DNA of 64,000 nucleotides, taken from positions 96,001-160,000 of the forward strand of contig CAVVNQ010000004.1 of assembly GCA_963749705.1 (NCBI GenBank), in the 5' to 3' direction. A model generated the notes under the pieces. It worked only from the letters and a program-made list of their open reading frames with translations, did not search any database and had not been told where the DNA came from. This document shows, one piece after another, positions 57,902 through 64,000 of this stretch (its first letter is position 1; every line of letters begins with the position of its first letter). The position numbers and the translations under genes are program-made. The DNA is from an uncultured Chloroflexia bacterium. Lineage in GTDB: Bacteria > Chloroflexota > Limnocylindria > Limnocylindrales > CSP1-4.

Positions 57902-59056
57902 CTACGGCTGGCCTCCGAGCTGGGCGGGCGTGAAGTGCCCGCTGTCGACCAGCACCTGTCGCGCGTTGTCCATGGTCACGCCGACCACGTCAACCAGGAA
58001 CGATGGAACGATCTTGGTCCCGTTGTTCCAGGTCGACGTGTCATTGACGTCGACCGTCGTGCCCTTGATCGCCTGGTCGACCATCGTCGCGGCCTCGGCC
58101 GCGAGCACGCGCCCGTCCTCGAACACGGTCGAGGTCTGCTCGCCCGCGAGGATGGACTGCGTCGATGCCAGCTCCGCGTCCCGTCCGGTGACCACGGGGC
58201 CGGGCTGGTCTGTGGTGTAGTAGCCGGCCTGCTTGAGCGACGCGATGAGGGCCCGGCTGATGGCGTCGGACGGTGCCAGGACCGCGTCGAGTCGCGTGCC
58301 GGCGTAGTGCTTGGCCAGGATGCCGGCGAGTCGCGTGCCGGCGGTGGCGGGGTCCCAGCCGAGCGTGGCCACCTGCGCCGGGAACTCCGTCTCACCGGAC
58401 TGGACGACGAGCGCGCCGCGGTCGATGAACGGCTGGAGGATCGACATCGCGCCGTCGTGCTGGAGCGCGGCCGTGGCATCGTCGGGTGCGCCGGCGAACA
58501 GCTCGATGTTGAACGGCCCGGCGGCGTTCCTGAGGTCGAGCGTATCGACGATGGACCTTGCCTGGAGGACGCCGACCTTGAAGTCGTCGAAGGTCACGAA
58601 GTAGTCGACGTTCGGCGAGCTCCGGATCAGGCGGGCGTAGGCGACGACCCGGATGCCGGCATCCGAGGCGTGCTGCAGGGTGTCGGTCAGCGTCGTGCCA
58701 TCGACGGGCGCGATCACGAGGGCCTTCGCGCCCTCCTTGATCATCTGCTCGACCTGGGACACCTGGGTTGCCGGGTCATCCGCGGCGAACTGCAGGTCGG
58801 CGGCATGGCCGAGCGCCGACAGCTCGCTCACGAGGCTGTCGCCGGCGGCGGACCAGCGCGATGACGCGCTGGCCGGCAGGGCGATCCCGACCAGCGGACC
58901 CGTCGCGGGGCTCGCGGAACCGGCGGCTGCGGTCGGGGCCCCCGGCGATGGCGTCGGCGTTGCCGTGCCATCGCCGCACGCGGCGACGACGAGGATGCCG
59001 GCCAGCAGGGCGCCGCCGAGCAGCCGCTTCATCCGATGCCGGTTCGCAGTTCCCAT
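57902..59056 (-). CDS. ChvE-like sugar-binding lipoprotein (no adjacent permease)
   Basis: VAAC lipobox, QVSQVEQMI, AYARLI, FDDFKVGVLQA, NIELFAG, VVTGRDAE. Alternative start MKRLL at 59032. Confidence 0.85.
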   Translation of the reverse strand: MGTANRHRMKRLLGGALLAGILVVAACGDGTATPTPSPGAPTAAAGSASPATGPLVGIALPASASSRWSAAGDSLVSELSALGHAADLQFAADDPATQVSQVEQMIKEGAKALVIAPVDGTTLTDTLQHASDAGIRVVAYARLIRSSPNVDYFVTFDDFKVGVLQARSIVDTLDLRNAAGPFNIELFAGAPDDATAALQHDGAMSILQPFIDRGALVVQSGETEFPAQVATLGWDPATAGTRLAGILAKHYAGTRLDAVLAPSDAISRALIASLKQAGYYTTDQPGPVVTGRDAELASTQSILAGEQTSTVFEDGRVLAAEAATMVDQAIKGTTVDVNDTSTWNNGTKIVPSFLVDVVGVTMDNARQVLVDSGHFTPAQLGGQP

Positions 59057-59110
59057 CGCCGCTCACGGTACCCGATCATCCGCGACGGCCTGCGGCGGCC
59101 ACGATGGCGG

Positions 59111-59854
59111 CTATCGCGCGGCGTCGAGCGCGTCGCCCTCGACGCACGCTGCCGCCACCCCGAGCGCAGCCAGCCGCTCGACCGCCCCGCGGGTCGGCAC
59201 GGTCCACGCGGCCAGCCCGAGCCCGACCGCGCGAACGCGAGCCAGCGACGCGGGCGTGATCGCGGTCCAGCGAACGGAGATCGCCCGGCAGCCGAGCCGG
59301 ACCGCGCGGGCGATCGTCGCCGGCGCCAGTTCATCGGCGTTGAGCCAGCGCGTCCAGCCGGGAAGGTGCGCCGCCATCGCCGCCAGCGTCGAGTCCTCGA
59401 AGGACGAGATCACGGCCGTGCCGGGATGCTCGCCACGGGCCTCGCGCAGGATCGTCGCGGTCGCCGGCCCGTGGTCCGTCCCCTTGAGCTCGACGTCGAG
59501 GAACGTCGCGGGAGGGAGCGCACGCAGCACCGAGGCGAGGTCGGGGACGCCGGCCGCACCGAGCTCCGCTGCGGCGAGCTCGTCCACGCGCTCCGGTCGG
59601 TGCTGGACGCGGGCGAGCGTCCGGTCGTGGAGCAGGACCGGGACGCCGTCGCCCGCGATCCGGACGTCGAGCTCGACGCCGTCGCAGCCCGCGATCGCGG
59701 TTGCCGCGAGGAGGGCGGCGAGCGAGTTCTCCGGCGCGTGCCGCCAGTCGCCGCGATGGGCCAGGCGGAGGATCCGGGTCCCCGCGTCCGGGCCGGGGTC
59801 GTCCGCGATCAGGTCCCGGTCCCCCGCACCCGGACCGGGGTCGTCTGCGATCAG
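59111..59854 (-). CDS. Glycerophosphodiester phosphodiesterase family protein (start codon unclear)
   Basis: AHRG...PENS, GVELDVR, LLHD, DVELK, ISSF, WTV. No in-frame ATG/GTG near the expected start. Confidence 0.8.
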   Translation of the reverse strand: MIADDPGPGAGDRDLIADDPGPDAGTRILRLAHRGDWRHAPENSLAALLAATAIAGCDGVELDVRIAGDGVPVLLHDRTLARVQHRPERVDELAAAELGAAGVPDLASVLRALPPATFLDVELKGTDHGPATATILREARGEHPGTAVISSFEDSTLAAMAAHLPGWTRWLNADELAPATIARAVRLGCRAISVRWTAITPASLARVRAVGLGLAAWTVPTRGAVERLAALGVAAACVEGDALDAAR

Positions 59855-59869
59855 GTCCCGGTCCCCCGC
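59779..59869. repeat. 42-bp tandem duplication at the EEP/GDPD junction
   Basis: GATCAGGTCCCGGTCCCCCGC at 59807 and 59849; encodes AGDRDLIADDPGP twice. Confidence 0.88.
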
Positions 59870-60612
59870 CCGATCGCGACGTGCGCGGCGATCCCCAGGT
59901 GGTCCGACGGGTAGAGCGTCGGGTCCTCCACCGCCGGCCGGTCGAACGCGAGCCGGGCCCCGTCCACCTGCACGGCCCCGCGAACCCAGATGTAGTCGAG
60001 GCAGCCGGGTTCCCCATCCGCGTCCATGGCCGGCGCCTGGAGGCCGGACGGCCAGGTGACCTCGGGCTCGGCGCCGTTCGCCTCCGCAAACGCGGACCGG
60101 AAGCCGGCGGCCAGCATCCGGGCATGAGCCGGATCGCCGGGGCGCGCGTTGAAGTCGCCGACGACGATCATCGCGTCGTGGGCCAGTGATCCATCCAGCC
60201 ATGGCAGCAGCGCATCGACCTGGCGCAGGCGCAACTCGTGGTCGGCGGTCAGATGGTGGAGATGCGTGACCGCGAACACCAGCGTGGCGCCTTCGGGCAA
60301 CACGATCCGGGCGCGGTGTGCCGCGCGCGAGAGGCCCAGGTCCAGCCGATCGACGTCGACCGCGGCAAGCCCGGAGCGCACCAGCAGGCTGTTGCCGTAC
60401 TCGGGCCGCCCCGCCCAGCCGCGAACGGCCTCGTAGCGGCCCTCACCCGCCGCACCGAGCAGCCGGTCCTGCTGCATCGGGTAGACCACCTCCTGGAGCC
60501 CGATCAGGTCCGGCTGGAGGGCCGCCATGTCCGCCAGCAGCAGCGGCAGCCGCTCCGCCCAGCGATCCGCGAGGTTGAGGATGTTGAGCGTGGCGACGAG
60601 CAGGCGATCCAT
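59851..60612 (-). CDS. Endonuclease/exonuclease/phosphatase (EEP) family protein
   Basis: ATLNI, GLQEV, THLH, GDFN, LDYI, SDH; GGAGG RBS. Confidence 0.92.
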   Translation of the reverse strand: MDRLLVATLNILNLADRWAERLPLLLADMAALQPDLIGLQEVVYPMQQDRLLGAAGEGRYEAVRGWAGRPEYGNSLLVRSGLAAVDVDRLDLGLSRAAHRARIVLPEGATLVFAVTHLHHLTADHELRLRQVDALLPWLDGSLAHDAMIVVGDFNARPGDPAHARMLAAGFRSAFAEANGAEPEVTWPSGLQAPAMDADGEPGCLDYIWVRGAVQVDGARLAFDRPAVEDPTLYPSDHLGIAAHVAIGRGTGT

Positions 60613-60638
60613 CCGCCCTCCATGACGTGCGGCCGGGT

Positions 60639-61961
60639 TCATCGTTCGGGGTGTTGCGGCGGGAGGTCCGGCGACGGGAGGTCCGGCGCCGGCCCGCCGC
60701 CCGTCGCGGCCGGTGCGACCGCCAGCGCGGGGATCGCGAACGCGAACGTGGAGCCACGTCCCTCCTCCGACGCAACCCAGATGCGGCCGCCGTGACGCTC
60801 CACGACGTGGCGGGCGATCGCGAGCCCCAGGCCAGTCCCGCCGCCGCGCACGCGGGCGCGATCGGCCTTGTAGAAGCGCTCGAAGATCCGGGCGGCGTCG
60901 GTGGCCGAGATCCCGATCCCGTGGTCGGTGACCGACACGACCACGTCACCGGCGTCCGAGCGGACGTCGACGGTGACCACGCCCCCGTCGGGGCTGAACT
61001 TGACCGCGTTGTGGACCAGGTTGACGACCACCTGCCCCAACCGCTCTTCGTCGCCACGGACCGGCGGCGCGGCCGGGTCCACCTCGACGGTCAGGTCCAC
61101 GCCCTGGCGCTCGGCGAACAGCCGCAGCCGGTCCGTCGACGCGGCTGCCAGCTGGCCCAGGTCCACGTCGTCGGCCAGGCGGATCTCGGTGCCGCCCTCG
61201 ATCCTCGCCAGGTCGAGCAGCTCGCTGACCATCTGGACGAGGTGGCCGGTCTCGACCTCGACCTTCGCGATCCGCTCGCGCATGCGTGGCGGGACGTCGG
61301 CGCTCTCTGCATCGCGGGCCAGGGTCTCCGCCAGCAGGCTGACCGTGGTCAGCGGGGTCCGCAGCTCATGGCTCAGGTTGTCGATGAACTCGGCCCGGAT
61401 CTGCTGCAGGCGGCGGAGCTCGGTCACGTCCTCGAGCACGATCCAGGTGCCACCGTCGAGCGGGCGGTGGACCCGGAGGACCACCGTGCGCGGCTCGCGT
61501 GCACCGACCCTCGTCTCGCCGGTGGCCGTGCCGCCGTCGGGGACGCCGTCGACCAGCGCCTCGACGCGGGCGTCGAGGAACGTCTCCATGACGGTCCGGC
61601 CGATCAGCCGACCGGGACGGATCTCGAGCAGGGCGTGCGCCCGGTCGCTTGCCCGGTCGACGCGCCGGTCTGCGTCGAAGTGGAGCACCCCGACCGGCAT
61701 CAGGCCCTCGAGCGGCTCGGGTCCCTGGTCATCCGGCGCCGCAGGCCCCGGATGCAGGTCAGCGAGGGCCGGACGCGACCCGGCAGGCGCGCCCGAACCG
61801 GCGGGCGCGCCGGATCCGTCGACTGCCCCCGACCCGGCGGGTCCCCGTGACCCGGCGGCGACGAGGTCGTCCATCTCGGCGGCGCGATTGCGCAGCGCAA
61901 CCAGCGCCGCGACGAGCGCGAGCGAGAGCCCGGCGACGGCGATGACGAACACGGCATCCAT
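60639..61961 (-). CDS. PhoR-like sensor histidine kinase (TM + PAS + HisKA + HATPase)
   Basis: SHELRTPLT, NLVHNAVKF, DHGIGI, FERFYK, GTGLGLAI. Confidence 0.9.
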   Translation of the reverse strand: MDAVFVIAVAGLSLALVAALVALRNRAAEMDDLVAAGSRGPAGSGAVDGSGAPAGSGAPAGSRPALADLHPGPAAPDDQGPEPLEGLMPVGVLHFDADRRVDRASDRAHALLEIRPGRLIGRTVMETFLDARVEALVDGVPDGGTATGETRVGAREPRTVVLRVHRPLDGGTWIVLEDVTELRRLQQIRAEFIDNLSHELRTPLTTVSLLAETLARDAESADVPPRMRERIAKVEVETGHLVQMVSELLDLARIEGGTEIRLADDVDLGQLAAASTDRLRLFAERQGVDLTVEVDPAAPPVRGDEERLGQVVVNLVHNAVKFSPDGGVVTVDVRSDAGDVVVSVTDHGIGISATDAARIFERFYKADRARVRGGGTGLGLAIARHVVERHGGRIWVASEEGRGSTFAFAIPALAVAPAATGGGPAPDLPSPDLPPQHPER

Positions 61962-62051
61962 CGCGCAACAGGATCGCACGGGGGTGGCCGAGCGCGTGCC
62001 GCAGGACGCACCTGTGACCGAGCAGACGCCGCGACCGGGCAGCCGCGCGAC

Positions 62052-63161
62052 TCAGCGCGTCCGCGACACCCCCGGGGGCGGCACCGGGCGCGTCGTCTCC
62101 GCGCCCGTCGCCTCGGCGAACGGCGCAAGCAGCGTCGCGTAGGCCGCGCGCGGGAACGCGTGCCGCAGCGCGACCACGTGGCCCAGGCGCGCGAGGAGCC
62201 GCCGGCCGCGGGTCACCGCGGCCGGCGACAGGCCCGCGACCGGCATCGCCGCTGCCACGTCCCGCGCCGCGAGCACCGCCGAGATCCTGAGCGCCTCGTC
62301 CTCATCGAGGCTCAGCGCGGCCGGCCAGGGCCGGTCGTCGCCGGCGATCCCCTGCGATCGGCGGATCAGCGTGGCGACCTCGCCGGCGGTGAGCGTCCCG
62401 GCCCTCGAGCGGAACGCGACCACGTCAGCGCCGTTGGGTCCGTACCGGGGCTGGTCAATGGAGGCTTCCCACGCTCGCAGCAGCCGCTCGCGGGCGCGTC
62501 CCCGGAAGGGCTCCGCCAGCATGTCGTCGAGGAACGCCGCCAGGACCACCTCCGCGGCGACGCCAAGCAGGCCTTCGCGCACGCCCGCCTCTGCCCATCG
62601 CTCGTGCGGCACCCGCTTGGCGAGCACGGCCTCCGCATCGGCAAAGGCGGCCCGCGCGTCGGGCGCGAGGAACCGGCGGATCGTGGCCAGGAACGCGATC
62701 GGCGGCGGCTCCGACTCGGCGAGCCGGTCCAGCTCGTCGCCGGTCAGGCGCTCCACCCGCGCGAGGAACCGGGCAAGCACGGTCGTGGGGTCGCCGCGGA
62801 ACAGGCTGGGACGGGTCGGCCGTGCCCGACGGGCTGCCGGTGCACGCGCGGACGGAGGCGGCACGGGCGCGGCCGACGCGGCCCGACGCGGAGAGCGTCC
62901 GTGCCGGACACCGGTGCGGCCGCCGGTGAGCCCGAGATGCTCACGGTCGTAGCGCGCCCGAAGGCCGGGGTCGCTCAGCCAGTCGTGGGCGACGTTGATC
63001 CGCTTGGCCCGCTCCAGCGACGCCGCGTCCTCGCCGGCGACGTCCGGGTGATGCCGCTTGAGCAGCGCGCGCCAGGCAAGCTCGATCGCCTCGGGCGAGG
63101 CGTCGACCGCCACCTCGAGCCGGGCGTACAGGTCCTCGTCGGGTACCAGCGGGCGCGGCAT
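62052..63161 (-). CDS. J-domain protein with an uncharacterised helical C-terminal domain
   Basis: DLYARLEV...WRALLKRHHPD...INVAHDWLSDP..RARYD. Confidence 0.85.
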   Translation of the reverse strand: MPRPLVPDEDLYARLEVAVDASPEAIELAWRALLKRHHPDVAGEDAASLERAKRINVAHDWLSDPGLRARYDREHLGLTGGRTGVRHGRSPRRAASAAPVPPPSARAPAARRARPTRPSLFRGDPTTVLARFLARVERLTGDELDRLAESEPPPIAFLATIRRFLAPDARAAFADAEAVLAKRVPHERWAEAGVREGLLGVAAEVVLAAFLDDMLAEPFRGRARERLLRAWEASIDQPRYGPNGADVVAFRSRAGTLTAGEVATLIRRSQGIAGDDRPWPAALSLDEDEALRISAVLAARDVAAAMPVAGLSPAAVTRGRRLLARLGHVVALRHAFPRAAYATLLAPFAEATGAETTRPVPPPGVSRTR

Positions 63162-63188
63162 CGGGCCGGATCGTCCCGGGCGCCGGCC

Positions 63189-64000
63189 TCAGGCCGGGCT
63201 CGCCGCCTGCCCGGTGAGGAACGCGGTGACCTCGTCCAGGGAGCGGACGGACCGTTCGCCCGTGGCCCGGTTGGTGACCTCGATCCCGCCCGCCGCCAGC
63301 GACCGCGGGCTGACGGTCAGGATCCAGGGCATTCCCAGCAGCTCCGCGTCGGTCAGCTTGACGCCCGGCGATTCGTCGCGGTCGTCGTACAGGATCTCGC
63401 GGCGCGGTCCGGCCGCCGCGGCGGTCGCGTGCAGCGCCTCGGCGACCTCGGTCACCTTCGGCTCCCGGTTCGCGCCCAGGGCGACCAGGTGCGCGCGATA
63501 GGGCGCGACCTCGGCCGGCCAGGCGATTCCCTTCTCGTCGTGGTGGGCCTCGACGATGCAGGCGACGTTGCGCCCGACCCCGATCCCGTACGAGCCCATG
63601 ACGATGGGGTGGGCCTGGCCGTCCTCGCCCAGGTAGGTCGCGCCGGCGGCGTCGGTGAACTTGGTGCCGAGCTTGAAGATGTTGCCGACCTCGATCCCGT
63701 TGCGCAGGATCACGGGCTCCCCGCAGGTGGGGCACGGGTCGCCCTCGCGGGCGTTCGTGATGTCGGCCGTCGTGTCGGGCGTGAAGTCGCGCCCGACGTT
63801 GACGTTCCGGTAGTGGAACCCGACGCGGTTGGCGCCCGCGACGAGGTTCGGCGAGCGGGCGACGAGCTCGTCGACGACGACCACGGTGCCGTGTGCCCCG
63901 ATCGGCGACCCGTACCCCGGCTCCATGCCGGCGGCCTGGATCTCCTCGGCGGTCGCCGGCCGGAGGCCCGTGCTGGCGCCCACCGCGTTGGCCAGCTTGG
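63189..64000 (-). CDS. proS: Prolyl-tRNA synthetase (3' part; continues beyond the window)
   Basis: GAN...H insertion-domain end, GIEVGNIFKLGTK, MGSYGIG, GIAWP..VAPY, YDDR..SPGVK..DAELLG. Confidence 0.95.
   Translation of the reverse strand, partial: KLANAVGASTGLRPATAEEIQAAGMEPGYGSPIGAHGTVVVVDELVARSPNLVAGANRVGFHYRNVNVGRDFTPDTTADITNAREGDPCPTCGEPVILRNGIEVGNIFKLGTKFTDAAGATYLGEDGQAHPIVMGSYGIGVGRNVACIVEAHHDEKGIAWPAEVAPYRAHLVALGANREPKVTEVAEALHATAAAAGPRREILYDDRDESPGVKLTDAELLGMPWILTVSPRSLAAGGIEVTNRATGERSVRSLDEVTAFLTGQAASPA

Overview
Very GC-rich, gene-dense bacterial chromosomal segment. The gene repertoire suggests a Chloroflexota/Actinomycetota-like organism (inference only). I found no rRNA, tRNA, CRISPR array, transposase or phage gene. 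From left to right: (1) two paralogous large ATP-binding LuxR (MalT/STAND-like) regulators flanking a DUF4242 + small secreted protein pair, followed by an arrestin/Spo0M-like gene; (2) argH; (3) a galactoside/galactomannan locus (galT, DeoR, ABC binding protein and permeases, GH2, GH36, GH26, galK); (4) ABC-2 exporter, MFS, F420-dependent sugar-6-phosphate dehydrogenase, EamA and a PfkB kinase, divergent from (5) a bacterial microcompartment operon (SorC-type regulator; RpiB, DeoC and CoA-acylating aldehyde dehydrogenase, each with a predicted encapsulation peptide; 1 BMC-H, 2 BMC-T, 3 BMC-P; NUDIX); (6) S9/C45/S9 peptidases, a catalytically degenerate ATP-dependent DNA ligase domain and an ABC-2 pair; (7) a phosphate/polyphosphate island (DUF971, YbjQ, ppk1, CYTH-CHAD, Ppx with a very long basic + Glu-Pro extension, PHO box, pstSCAB, phoU, sixA); (8) aldose epimerase, ChvE-like protein, GDPD, EEP, PhoR-like kinase, J-domain protein and the 3' part of proS. 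Several single-base frameshifts (DeoR, GH2, pstA) look like assembly errors. The most promising leads are the sugar-phosphate microcompartment (Cys-rich DeoC extension, neighbouring F420 enzyme), the charge-blocked Ppx, the dead ligase with a clamp-like motif, and the LuxR/DUF4242/secreted peptide/arrestin-like module.
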